DNA of 64,000 nt from an uncultured Acidobacteriota bacterium (GCA_963809485.1 CAWEJX010000012.1:160001-224000), one strand, 5' to 3'. Shown: positions 51,863-61,559, counted from the stretch's first letter. Numbers and translations are program-made. The notes: a model not told the origin generated them from the letters alone.

Positions 51863-53143
51863 CTATATTGATTGCGGACGAGACAGGACCTGAGCTGCCA
51901 GGAATTCAGAAACCTTCCGGCGCATGGCTTCCGGATCCCAACCTCGGGCGTCAACCATGTCGGCAACCACTGGAAACACCGGAATCCCGGCCCCCTCGAG
52001 GGCACGTTCAATAAAACGATTGCCTGTGGCTGCCGGCCTTGTTCCCAGAGGGGTCAGCACAAGAGCAGCATCGATTCTATGTTGCTTCGCCTGATGGATA
52101 ATCCATTCGTTGGCCCATGGCGGATTGTGCAGCTGCTCGTTCATGCTGACGGTGCGGCTGGCGAGCGCCAGCAGGGGGTCGTCGAGGCCATAGCGGATAT
52201 ATCCGTCGGGTCCAAAGGCCAGGTACATGGACCATACAAAGACAGCTCCGAACTCCTCTTCGAAAGCCGTATAAAAATCCGTGTCGTGCCAAAGCCCGGC
52301 GCCTACCCACATCAGGCGCAGGCGTTCGCCGCTGCAGGCCGCTACTCCCTGCCTTACGCGGTCGCGGATCTGGTCGCGGAAGGTACGGGCATGTTCAACC
52401 GCCCAGTCGCTTCCCCGTTCCCATTGTGCCGCCATAACATTGGTCACCTGTTCGTGCATGCGGACCGGCGTTTTGGCTGCGGAGCAAATCATCTGACAGG
52501 CCTCTTCGAAGTACTCTTCCTGGCGGTTGACTCTTTCCATCAGGTCGCGAAGACGATCAAGTTGAAAGGACCTTCCCGTGATTCTTTCCAATGCCTTGAT
52601 AAGGTTTTGAAGCTGTATCACCGTAAGCTTTAGCCGGTGTTCTTCAAAAAGCTCGCGCCAGCGATAACGGCTGAGTTCCCACCAGCGCTGCGGCAACTCG
52701 GTGGCTCCCGGATTATCGAGGAAAAAGCATTCAGAGCCAAACGCATCGGCCCAGATCCCAAAAACCCTCTGCAGGCAGTCGCACGTGAGTCGCGCGCACA
52801 GCAATGCCGGCTTGGGCAGTCCGCCCCACGGAGCACGATCCGGATCATTTGCCAGCGTGGATGCGGCCGCCAGACTGCAGTACCGGCATAGCCCTTCATG
52901 AAATCCCAGAGAATTCAGGATATCGAGGTAATAGGCCGAAAGCCGTTTGGCTGAAATTATTGCGGCCCACCACTGGTTGCTCACAGCCGGCACGTCCATC
53001 ACATGAAACAGTTCAAATGGCATATCCGCCTGGACAATGGCGTAAGGCCGCTGTTTTTCAAATACATCTTTCCGAAGCCGGGCAAACCAGGACTTTTGGT
53101 GTTCGGCGGCTGCAAGGGTGCAATCGAGTTGTTTCTCTGCCAT
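51863..53143 (-). CDS. 2-hydroxyacyl-CoA dehydratase-family subunit (HGD-D)
   Basis: LCRYC, GGLPKP...TCDC, ERLRLMW.G and C-terminal ADMVDAR.W. Confidence 0.8.
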   Translation of the reverse strand: MAEKQLDCTLAAAEHQKSWFARLRKDVFEKQRPYAIVQADMPFELFHVMDVPAVSNQWWAAIISAKRLSAYYLDILNSLGFHEGLCRYCSLAAASTLANDPDRAPWGGLPKPALLCARLTCDCLQRVFGIWADAFGSECFFLDNPGATELPQRWWELSRYRWRELFEEHRLKLTVIQLQNLIKALERITGRSFQLDRLRDLMERVNRQEEYFEEACQMICSAAKTPVRMHEQVTNVMAAQWERGSDWAVEHARTFRDQIRDRVRQGVAACSGERLRLMWVGAGLWHDTDFYTAFEEEFGAVFVWSMYLAFGPDGYIRYGLDDPLLALASRTVSMNEQLHNPPWANEWIIHQAKQHRIDAALVLTPLGTRPAATGNRFIERALEGAGIPVFPVVADMVDARGWDPEAMRRKVSEFLAAQVLSRPQSI

Positions 53144-53149
53144 AGTTAC

Positions 53150-54331
53150 CTATTGTCCGACACCGAGGCTGCGAACAAACCGCTCGATCCGGTCGTGGCA
53201 TTCCTCCGAGATCGACATCGCGTCTTCGCGGACGAGGAGATGAGGAATTCTCCGGTCATCCAGGTAGCGCCGGCGTCTGGGGTAATCCCATCCGGCCACG
53301 CAATCTTCCGGCGGCAAATAGAAAATGACGCCATCGACTCCATCGGCGGATGCCTGTTGAAACCATGCGTCCGCGAACTTGAAAGGAAACAGGCGCGGGC
53401 TCGGCGTATCGAGATAATACTTCTCGAAGATGGCCTTCAATAGGTCCTCCGATTCGCTGTCGGTATCTCCGCCCGCACATTGTGAACCCCACCAGTTCTC
53501 CTCTGCGACCACAACAGCGCCGTGCATTTCCACCGCCTGGTGAAGGCCTCGATGGCTTATCGATGCGCCCGTGATCAGCACTCTCTTGCCGGAAAGCCTA
53601 TTTCGTTGCGCAATCCGGTTCACGGCCTGTTCCGCCAGTCGTGCGTATTTAGCCCTATCTATAAAAAAGAAAGATCCTGTCACCGACAACGCCTCTGCTC
53701 CGGAAACCTTTGGCTCCGGCTGCCGCAGGCGCAGCAGCCTGCGGATTGCCCCGCGCGCTGCGTTGGATTCCTCGATCGCCTGCTCAAGCGCATCGTTGTT
53801 TATCGATTTGCCCGTCACGTCTTCGAGCCGTTGCTTCAGACGCAGCGTGCGTTCCAGTCCATAGGAGTAGGATTCCGCAGAGCGCGTGTGAAGCAAATCG
53901 TACAGGTAAACGGGCGGAATGCGTCTCTCGGGCTCCTGGCGTGCAACTTCCCGGAGATAGAGGTACAGTTTGTATTCCTGTTCCGATGTCCGGGGTATCA
54001 GAAGAAGGCGGAGGTGCTGCAGGTTGCCGGAGATTGCGGCGCCAAATATGGCCCGGATGCGCTTCTCGAAAACATCCTCTTCCATGAAATTGCCGACGTC
54101 CGGGTGATCCGCATTTCCGCAGTGGATCACGACGGGGAATGCTCCGGCGGCCCGGACCAGTTCCCAAGGCACGGTATTTGACGTGATCCCGACGACCGGG
54201 ATGCCGTTTGCAGCGGATACCACGGCCTCTGCTGCCGGATTTTCGTAATGCCACGTCAGCCGCTCGATCGGATCTGCCCCATCCGGGAGCTTTGCCGTAA
54301 AATCAGCATTCGTCATATACAGCGTCCGCAT
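53150..54331 (-). CDS. 2-hydroxyacyl-CoA dehydratase-family second subunit
   Basis: VG....VPWELVRAAG, LEDVTG..I....L..AI..SN, VVVAEE and VDGVIF. Confidence 0.75.
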   Translation of the reverse strand: MRTLYMTNADFTAKLPDGADPIERLTWHYENPAAEAVVSAANGIPVVGITSNTVPWELVRAAGAFPVVIHCGNADHPDVGNFMEEDVFEKRIRAIFGAAISGNLQHLRLLLIPRTSEQEYKLYLYLREVARQEPERRIPPVYLYDLLHTRSAESYSYGLERTLRLKQRLEDVTGKSINNDALEQAIEESNAARGAIRRLLRLRQPEPKVSGAEALSVTGSFFFIDRAKYARLAEQAVNRIAQRNRLSGKRVLITGASISHRGLHQAVEMHGAVVVAEENWWGSQCAGGDTDSESEDLLKAIFEKYYLDTPSPRLFPFKFADAWFQQASADGVDGVIFYLPPEDCVAGWDYPRRRRYLDDRRIPHLLVREDAMSISEECHDRIERFVRSLGVGQ

Positions 54332-54394
54332 CTGAAAACACTATTCCGCGATCAGGCATCCCCTCCAGCACTCCCATCGGCGCCCAAAGAATAA

Positions 54395-54436
54395 CGCATA
54401 TAATATTCGATATGCATGCACAATGCATTTATATTT
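54395..54436. promoter_or_regulatory. Conserved 42-bp promoter/operator (TGCATGCA core)
   Basis: Aligns without gaps to 61456-61497. Confidence 0.65.
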
Positions 54437-54599
54437 TTGTTTTATCCGGGGATCCGATGCGATAAAGTAAATTCCGGCGGTAGAGTTACGGCAATAATTG
54501 CCAACCGCGGAATATCGTATGTCCAAGTGCTGAGTGTGCTTCTGCGGTTCAGCCTTCGTTATTCGTTATTCGATATTTAGGTAGTTAAGAGGCAGGCTT

Positions 54600-55856
54600 A
54601 TGGCTACAAAAGCAGTAACTCCACTCCCAAAACCCCTGGATGACATCACCGTCCTTGATATGACCGTTGCATTGGCCGGACCCTTCGCAACATTCCTGCT
54701 CGCCGGGCTCGGCGCCCGCGTGATCAAGGTGGAGAATCCGGCCAGCGGAGATCAATGCCGCGAGAATGCTCCCTACCTGGGAGCGGATGGCGCAAGCCTG
54801 GTCCGCAGAACCGCTGACGACGTATCCGTCTCCGCGATCAACCGCCTGCGCAACAAGCTCGCCATTACCCTCAACCTCAAGCATCCGGAAGCGCGCGCGG
54901 TCTTTGCAGACCTGGTGAAAAAAAGCGATGTATTGGTGGAGAATTACAGCCGCGGGACGCTTGATCGCCTTGGAGTAGGCTACAGCTGGCTGCAGGAAGT
55001 GAACCCGAGGCTTGTTTATTGCTCCATTACCGGCTTCGGAAGTGACGATGATTCGAGCCCCGCCAAAGCCATGGATACGATCATCCAGGCCCAAAGCGGA
55101 ATGATGTACACATCCGGCGAAGCCCAGGACCCGCCCGTTCGGGTTGGCATTCCCATGGCGGACCTTTGCGCCCCCATGTTCGGGGTTATCGGTGTCATGG
55201 CGGCCATACACCAGGCCCGGCGCACCGGCGTTGGCCAGCACATTGACGTTTCCATGCTCGGCGTATTGACAATGATGGTGTCGGTGGAACCTTTCGATCT
55301 TCTGGAGCGATGCGGCATACCGCAGCGGACCGGTCAGACGCTTCCGCGCCTGGCCCCATTCGGCGTTTATCCAACCCAGGACGGCTACATTGCCATCTGC
55401 GCGCCGACCGAGGCGATGGCGCGCGGTTTCTTTGAAGCGACAGGCCATCCGGAACTGGCGGATGATGAGAAGTTTGCCACGCGCAACGCCCGGGTTAAGA
55501 ATTTTAAGGAGCTCGACACCTTCATTGAGCAGTTTACCCGGTCGCTGACTTCATCGGAGGCGGTTGCCCGGCTGGAGCGCGCCGGGACGCCGGCGGCGGA
55601 GGTGCGTGCCCCCTATGCGGCAACGCGCGATCCCAGAGTCATACAACGCGGCGAAACGGTGCCTCTTCAGCATCCAAGACATGGCGCTGTGGAGGATGTT
55701 TACGGCATGGGTATGCCCATGAAATTCTCAGGCTCCAATGTCGGCTTTGACCAGCCGCCTCCGGAGTTGGGCGAGCACAATGATATGGTCTACGGCCAGG
55801 TTTTGGGCTACTCGTCGGAGAGAATCGCGGGACTGAAAGCTCACAAGGTGATCTGA
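54600..55856 (+). CDS. CaiB/BaiF family III CoA-transferase
   Basis: VLD....AGP....LA.LGARVIKVE, NR..NK, DVLVENY, SITGFG and PPELGEH. Confidence 0.93.
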   Translation: MATKAVTPLPKPLDDITVLDMTVALAGPFATFLLAGLGARVIKVENPASGDQCRENAPYLGADGASLVRRTADDVSVSAINRLRNKLAITLNLKHPEARAVFADLVKKSDVLVENYSRGTLDRLGVGYSWLQEVNPRLVYCSITGFGSDDDSSPAKAMDTIIQAQSGMMYTSGEAQDPPVRVGIPMADLCAPMFGVIGVMAAIHQARRTGVGQHIDVSMLGVLTMMVSVEPFDLLERCGIPQRTGQTLPRLAPFGVYPTQDGYIAICAPTEAMARGFFEATGHPELADDEKFATRNARVKNFKELDTFIEQFTRSLTSSEAVARLERAGTPAAEVRAPYAATRDPRVIQRGETVPLQHPRHGAVEDVYGMGMPMKFSGSNVGFDQPPPELGEHNDMVYGQVLGYSSERIAGLKAHKVI

Positions 55857-55860
55857 TACC

Positions 55861-56991
55861 ATGGCCAACGCCGCCTCTCTGAAACTGATGATGGTCGGGG
55901 ATCTGATTCTTGACGAGCCTGATCCCGACTCATTTTTCGAACCTGCGCGCACCATCCTGCAGCAGGCGGATTTACTCATTGGGCACGTGGAAGTCCCGCA
56001 CACACGGCGTGGACGCGAAAACACCTCCGACGTCCCGGCTCCGCCCAGCGACCCGGACAACCTGGCGGCTTTGAAGCGCGCCGGGTTTCAGGTAGCCACG
56101 TTGGCCGGCAATCACATCTCCGATGCGGGCCCCGATGGAATCGAGGATACCATCTCCGCGCTTCGAAAATTGGGCATTGCGGCAACAGGCGCGGGAATGA
56201 ATCTGGCGGAAGCGCGCCAACCGGCGATCGTGGCGCGTCAGGGATTGAGAGTGGGAACACTCAGCTACAACTGTGTCGGCCCCAAGGATTCGTGGGCGGG
56301 AGAGAAAAAGCCGGGTTGCGCCTACGTTCAGGTGATCACCCATTACGAACTGGACCACGCTTCCCCGGGAGGACCCCCACGGATATATACATTCGCCGAG
56401 CCGGAGAGCACCGATGCCATGTTGGCGGACGTGGTGAAGCTGCGCCCCGAGGTCGAGGTGCTCATCGTGGCGCTGCACAAAGGAATCGGGCATACGCCGG
56501 CTGCCCTGGCCATGTACGAACGTCCTTTGGCAAAAGCCGCAATCGATGCGGGCGCGGACGTTGTGCTGGGGCATCATGCCCACATTTTACGCGGCATTGA
56601 AATGTATAAGGGCCGGCCGATCTATCACGGCCTGGGCAACTTCGTCACCGTGACCCGGGCGCTGAATGTCGAGGAAAACCCAAGTCCCAAGCGCCTCGAA
56701 TGGGCGCGGCGTCGAAAAGAACTGTTCGGCTTCGAACCCGATCCGGCATACCCGACATACCCCTTTCATCCGGAAGCACGAAATGCAATGATCGCAGTCT
56801 GCGAGGTTGGCGCTGAGGGTGTGCGCAAAACGGGATTTATCCCCTGCTGGGTGAATCCAAAAGGGCAGCCCGAAATGTGCAGTCATGATGAACGGGGCCG
56901 GGCGGTTGCCTCCTATGTTGAGCACATCACCAGGAAAGCAGGGCTCAGCCCCAATTTCGAGTGGGATGGAGATTGGGTCCGCTGCAGCTGA
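55861..56991 (+). CDS. CapA/PGA_cap-family metallophosphoesterase-like protein
   Basis: VGD, LAGNH..D.G, GAGMNL.EA, LH.G, GHHAH and GLGNF. Confidence 0.9.
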   Translation: MANAASLKLMMVGDLILDEPDPDSFFEPARTILQQADLLIGHVEVPHTRRGRENTSDVPAPPSDPDNLAALKRAGFQVATLAGNHISDAGPDGIEDTISALRKLGIAATGAGMNLAEARQPAIVARQGLRVGTLSYNCVGPKDSWAGEKKPGCAYVQVITHYELDHASPGGPPRIYTFAEPESTDAMLADVVKLRPEVEVLIVALHKGIGHTPAALAMYERPLAKAAIDAGADVVLGHHAHILRGIEMYKGRPIYHGLGNFVTVTRALNVEENPSPKRLEWARRRKELFGFEPDPAYPTYPFHPEARNAMIAVCEVGAEGVRKTGFIPCWVNPKGQPEMCSHDERGRAVASYVEHITRKAGLSPNFEWDGDWVRCS

Positions 56992-57008
56992 CTGATTCGG
57001 GGCGTGAT

Positions 57009-57800
57009 ATGCCAGGACTGCTGAAAACAAAGTCTCGAAAGGGTAACTCCAGATCAGCCCGCGAAAGAGCCTATCTTTGCATTCAGCAAAAAATAGCGGA
57101 CCGCGAGATTTCGGCCGGAAATGCAATCTCCGAAGTTGCCCTGGCAGCCGAGCTCGGTCTCAGCCGCACTCCGGTGCACGAAGCCATCCGACAGTTGTTT
57201 GGCGAGGGCCTGTTGGAAGAGGACTCCAACGGAAGTATTGTCGTGGTCCGGCTATCACGGCAGGACTTCGTGGAACTATACGAATTGCGCGAGATGCTTG
57301 AATCCCATGCCGTTTCAAAAATAGCCAGACGCCGATTGGAGGGAAAAGACCTCGAGAGGCTTCAGGCGCTTGCGGGAGAAATAAAGGTTTTACGGAATCA
57401 GCTTGTCAAATCCGGGAAAAAGACGCTGGAGGACGCGCAGATGCGGCAATTCGAGATGGCCGACATCAGCTTCCATACTTTCCTGATGAGCATTGCTGAG
57501 AATGCAGTCGCACTGAAATTTTTCGGCAAAGTAAGATATTTGATCCGTGTCTTTGCCGCGCGACATGCCGGCCATGATGCCGAAGCCCTGGCTAGAATCC
57601 ATAAAGAGCATTTGGATATGATTCATGCCCTGGTTGAAGGGGATGTCGACAAATCCGTACAGGCCGTCTCTCAACACGTCCAGGCAAGCCAACAAGAACG
57701 TCTGAAGGAGTACTTTTACTGGGAGCGCGAGGCTCTCCTCAGAAATCAAATCCAGGACTTCTTCCGTGATACGCATGGTGAAGAGGTCATCGGCGATTGA
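57009..57800 (+). CDS. GntR regulator, FadR/FCD subfamily
   Basis: SEVALAAELGLSRTPVHEA, ELYELREMLE, D..FH and EH. Confidence 0.92.
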   Translation: MPGLLKTKSRKGNSRSARERAYLCIQQKIADREISAGNAISEVALAAELGLSRTPVHEAIRQLFGEGLLEEDSNGSIVVVRLSRQDFVELYELREMLESHAVSKIARRRLEGKDLERLQALAGEIKVLRNQLVKSGKKTLEDAQMRQFEMADISFHTFLMSIAENAVALKFFGKVRYLIRVFAARHAGHDAEALARIHKEHLDMIHALVEGDVDKSVQAVSQHVQASQQERLKEYFYWEREALLRNQIQDFFRDTHGEEVIGD

Positions 57801-57839
57801 CTAATGACGAAGGGGGCGCCTCTCCATCGTCATTCGCAA

Positions 57840-58066
57840 GTCAGGTACCTCCGGCAAAGCCGGAGGCTTGATAGATTTGAACCGCTCAAAGCGGTTGGAG
57901 GAGTTACGCCGGTCTTGAACGCTGACTTACGCGGGCAAGAGCCGACCCTCGCCGAACAAATCGGCGTTTGTCAGCGCTTTTATCAGCGTTTCTCAGCGTT
58001 TCAAAATACGGAGCTGTCAAACTCTTTGAGTCCCCCGGCAGAGCCGGGGGTTTACCAATGGTATCA
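57840..58066. mobile_element. IS200/IS605-like element, copy E
   Basis: Near-identical to copy A. Confidence 0.75.
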
Positions 58067-58353
58067 TCCATGCCGCAGGTCGGGGGGGAGGGATCGACGG
58101 CACTGCGTATCAAGACTATGCCGTCGGCGGAAGAAGTGCGGACTTCCTGATGGGTTCAATTCCCCGATCCAGGGGCCTTCCCTTCCCACAGGCGGATTTC
58201 TTCCTGTCTCTATCCAGGCCAACAAGTCCAAATGAATAAAGCCCCGGCAACGATGTATCTTGAAAGCCTATTTGTCCTCATGCAGTAAGGACGCGGAGCA
58301 CACGGACACGATCGATGCAGTCCGCGTGCCCCGGCCTTTCTCAGATCCGATAT

Positions 58354-59385
58354 TTAGTCCATCTTCTTCTTTTCAAATTTCCAGTTAGTGTCATTGCAAA
58401 GTCCGCAAGATGGACCCCTGAACATCTTTCCTGCAGTTTCATCCTTTTTTAAGTTCCATTGCAGCCATGCTACAGCGATTCTACCGAATTCGCCTCCATT
58501 CGGCTGGCTATAGGTCCCTCCGTGACCGACATCGAGGTTGGCCATAGCAACAGGAACTTTCTCAATCTTCGCGAAGTCGTCCATACCGTTCGCGTATGCA
58601 ATATCCTTCTCTCCGCCATTGATATAGATAACAGGCGAGTGCAATTTATTAAGGATATCTTTCCCGACTGTCATCGCTCCTCCCATTGCTCCCGGTTTGG
58701 GTGCTGCTCCCGGCGGCATTCCTTCTCGAGGGGCTTTCCCTTCAGGAACTCCAGCTTTCGCCGCCGCTTCCGGCGGCATTCCTGCCTTCGGCATGGCTCC
58801 TGGCGTCACAACCCCGCTGTCCATGACAAGGGTCGTCGTTACGCGCGGATCGGTAGATACTTCCAATGCCTGCAATCCGCCGCAGCTATGGCCGAACACG
58901 GCAAACTTTGACGGATTCAGTTTCTGGTAATACTTGCTGCCGGGGCGCTTATTCTCGGCTGTCGCCCAATCTAGGGCTTCCAGCAATTGAGCCGATTTCG
59001 TGCCCATCCCCATGCCGCCGCCCGTACCGGCAGGTTTGGGCGTGCCTCCCGGCGTGAACGGGCCGATGGCCACAACCAGGAAGCCGCGGGATGCGATTTC
59101 GGCTAAGAATGGGGCATAAAACTGATTGGAGTTGGAACAACCCCCGTTGCCCCAGGCCACAATCGGCAGGGCATTCTTTTGACTGAAAGCGCTCAAGTTT
59201 TCGGGACGATAGATTGTATGACCCGGCACTCCGGGATCTCCTTCAATGACCGCCGCGTAAGGGCCGGAACCAGTGGGCGGCGGGCCCTGGGCCGGCGGCG
59301 GACCCTGAGCGGGCGCCGGTTGGGCGATCGCAATTGCCGCGATTAAACTAAATGCACCTATCAGCATGCAAATCCGTTGAAGCAT
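58354..59385 (-). CDS. Secreted alpha/beta hydrolase (cutinase/chlorophyllase-like)
   Basis: WGNGGC, IASRGFLV, GHSCGG, DIA and GHGGT. Confidence 0.82.
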   Translation of the reverse strand: MLQRICMLIGAFSLIAAIAIAQPAPAQGPPPAQGPPPTGSGPYAAVIEGDPGVPGHTIYRPENLSAFSQKNALPIVAWGNGGCSNSNQFYAPFLAEIASRGFLVVAIGPFTPGGTPKPAGTGGGMGMGTKSAQLLEALDWATAENKRPGSKYYQKLNPSKFAVFGHSCGGLQALEVSTDPRVTTTLVMDSGVVTPGAMPKAGMPPEAAAKAGVPEGKAPREGMPPGAAPKPGAMGGAMTVGKDILNKLHSPVIYINGGEKDIAYANGMDDFAKIEKVPVAMANLDVGHGGTYSQPNGGEFGRIAVAWLQWNLKKDETAGKMFRGPSCGLCNDTNWKFEKKKMD

Positions 59386-59536
59386 TTTAATACCCTCCTA
59401 TCGGAACTATTATGTAACCCATTATTGCCATCGTGATATCGCGAAGCTGTTACCGCATAAACGCCTTCCTATCCGCTTAATACGGGCCTCCAGTGTTTCA
59501 GAAAAGCAACATTGCAGTATTCCGGATTATGCTAAT

Positions 59537-61360
59537 TCACTTCGTTCTCTCCTTCTTTTTGCGATCATACGCGTCCTCAGGATGGATCATGGGCAAACTG
59601 ATGTAAGAGGGGTTGGACGGCGTAGTGTAGATGGTCACAACCGGAGCGGGGGACACTGGCGCGCGATCGCGTTCGCGGTAGTCCGATCCCGCCACCGAAA
59701 TCCGGATTCGGTGGCCAGCTTTGAAGATGTACGACTGCGGCAAAAATGCGAAAACGATCTGTACCGGTTCCCCGGGTTTCAATGGTTGAGCGTCTTCCCT
59801 ATGGCTGCGGTGATAAGGCAGTCCATTGTTCTCATATTTGGGCTTGCTCATCCTGCGGAGCGAAGCTTTCAGCCGTGCGTCGGTGACTTGAATTACATTG
59901 CCATCCGGCGCCACGTCTTCCAGGTAGACGAAAATATTTCCGTCATTGGCGCTTGAAGACATCCAGAGATTGACGATAGCGTCGCCGGTGACCTCTGTGT
60001 CCGATTCGAGCGGAGCCGTCACGAACCGCGGACCGCCGTGCTCCACGGGACATGGGGGCGCTCCGGTGAGCAAACCGCCGGGCTGTCTGGCCAAGGCAGG
60101 ACAATCGAGGTCATACCGAACCGTGAACGTTGTTTGCAAGCCGGCTCCTGTCGGTGCCTGGGACTGGAGTTCGCCTCCCGAAGACGAGCTGCCGGCCAGA
60201 AAAAATTTCATCGGCTGCGTTCCGGCGACCGGCCAGGTTTTCGATGAACGCCACTCAGTTCCGGCCGGCGCATGGACGGTAAAGTAGTGGATCGGGTCCT
60301 GCGCAGCTATGCCGGTATGGATCCCCTTCAGGTGCTGATCAAAGAACCGTTGCATCTCGGCCAGCATATTGAAGTCGCCATTCTGGCAGTGGCCCCAGGG
60401 GCCAATAATCACATATCTGTCATTCTTCAAGTTGGCGTAAGCCAGCAATCCCTGGCCTCGAAGATCGTCGCGCCAGCCTCCCTGGATATAAATGGCCGTG
60501 CCGGATGCATGGATCTGCGGCAGGTAGCTGGCGACGCTCCCTTCGTACCAGAACCGGCTGCCAACGCCCGGCGCATAATCATCGCGGAACGGCATTGCAG
60601 CCCACATCTGAGTGAGCACGGTTCCGCCTTGATGCTCTTCTGCCGCCTGGCGCAGCAACACCTTTGCCTCATCACCCTGGACCGGTGTATTCGCCATGTC
60701 CTGTTCAACTGTGCGCTCGGGCCCGGTCCCCCAATTGGCGTAGATGCCGCCGCGCCAGAAACCATCGTATTTTTCCCAAGAGAAGCATCCCGCCCAGGCG
60801 GCTTTCAGGTGCGTATTCGCTGCGGTGACCGCATGCATGGCCGCATCGCCGGTATTGGAACAACCGTAGATGCCTACCGCACCTGTGGACCAGGGTTGCG
60901 CGGCCAGCCAGTCAATCAACTCATACGCATCATAGGCTTCAGACCGGTCGTTATATCCGCGACGTTTCCCGAACGAGGGGCCCTGACCGCGTCTCGCCAC
61001 CTGGACGACAACATAGCCGTAGTAGGCCAAACCCGGCACACCATTGTAACCGCCCGGTATCGCGCCCGACGAATTGGGTGCCAGAACACCAGGCGGCATA
61101 ATTGCCAGCGTATGCTGCCAGAGAACAGGGAAGCGCCCTTCAACGGCATTGCCATTTTGAGAAGGACGCGTAATGCTGATTGCCAGGCGCACGCCATCGC
61201 GCATGGTCAGGTACTGCGACGTCGTTACAGCTTCGGAGTAAAGCGGGGTTGGCTGATATCGCCCGAATGACGGCACCTGAGGCTCCGGCGGCGCCGTTTC
61301 AGCAAAGCCCGCGCAATACAAGAGCACGAATACGGCAATCCCGCAGACGAATTTCTTCAT
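59537..61360 (-). CDS. Secreted CocE/NonD-family hydrolase
   Basis: MRDGVRLA, RG.G.S.G, IDWLAAQPWSTG.VG, GCSNTG, IGPWGH and FKAGHRIRI. Confidence 0.9.
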   Translation of the reverse strand: MKKFVCGIAVFVLLYCAGFAETAPPEPQVPSFGRYQPTPLYSEAVTTSQYLTMRDGVRLAISITRPSQNGNAVEGRFPVLWQHTLAIMPPGVLAPNSSGAIPGGYNGVPGLAYYGYVVVQVARRGQGPSFGKRRGYNDRSEAYDAYELIDWLAAQPWSTGAVGIYGCSNTGDAAMHAVTAANTHLKAAWAGCFSWEKYDGFWRGGIYANWGTGPERTVEQDMANTPVQGDEAKVLLRQAAEEHQGGTVLTQMWAAMPFRDDYAPGVGSRFWYEGSVASYLPQIHASGTAIYIQGGWRDDLRGQGLLAYANLKNDRYVIIGPWGHCQNGDFNMLAEMQRFFDQHLKGIHTGIAAQDPIHYFTVHAPAGTEWRSSKTWPVAGTQPMKFFLAGSSSSGGELQSQAPTGAGLQTTFTVRYDLDCPALARQPGGLLTGAPPCPVEHGGPRFVTAPLESDTEVTGDAIVNLWMSSSANDGNIFVYLEDVAPDGNVIQVTDARLKASLRRMSKPKYENNGLPYHRSHREDAQPLKPGEPVQIVFAFLPQSYIFKAGHRIRISVAGSDYRERDRAPVSPAPVVTIYTTPSNPSYISLPMIHPEDAYDRKKKERTK

Positions 61361-61455
61361 AGGGATCTCTTCGTTGGACGATGAGGCATGTTCCACAGAT
61401 ATGCACCGGTCCGTCCCACTCCAGCTGACGCCCTTCCGATAAATTAGGAATATGG

Positions 61456-61497
61456 CGCATATAATATGCTTTCTGCATGCATTATGCATTTTTATTT
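61456..61497. promoter_or_regulatory. Conserved 42-bp promoter/operator (TGCATGCA core), second copy
   Basis: CGCATATAATAT-N6-TGCATGCAnnATGCATTTnTATTT, as at 54395. Confidence 0.65.
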
Positions 61498-61541
61498 ATC
61501 AGAAATCCGGTTCCAGGGAATACAATCATGGCGAGGCTCGT

Positions 61542-61559
61542 TGTCACAAATTTGTGATA
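61542..61559. promoter_or_regulatory. Operator TGTCACA-N4-TGTGATA
   Basis: Matches the 27901/28276 motif and lies upstream of a Tat flavoprotein. Confidence 0.62.

Noticed and set aside
55861-56991. Poly-gamma-glutamate capsule locus
   Set aside because: No capB or capC is present; CapA-family domains are widespread outside capsule loci.
6469-58235. Recurrent small ORFs such as ...PLKAVGGV..VLNADLRGQ... and LTAPYFETLR.ADK.ADKRRFVRR
   Set aside because: They are translations of the repeated palindromic element, with inconsistent starts and stops between copies.
21586-61559. CRP/FNR sites
   Set aside because: The half-sites are in the reverse order (TCACA before TGTGA) with different spacing from TGTGA-N6-TCACA.
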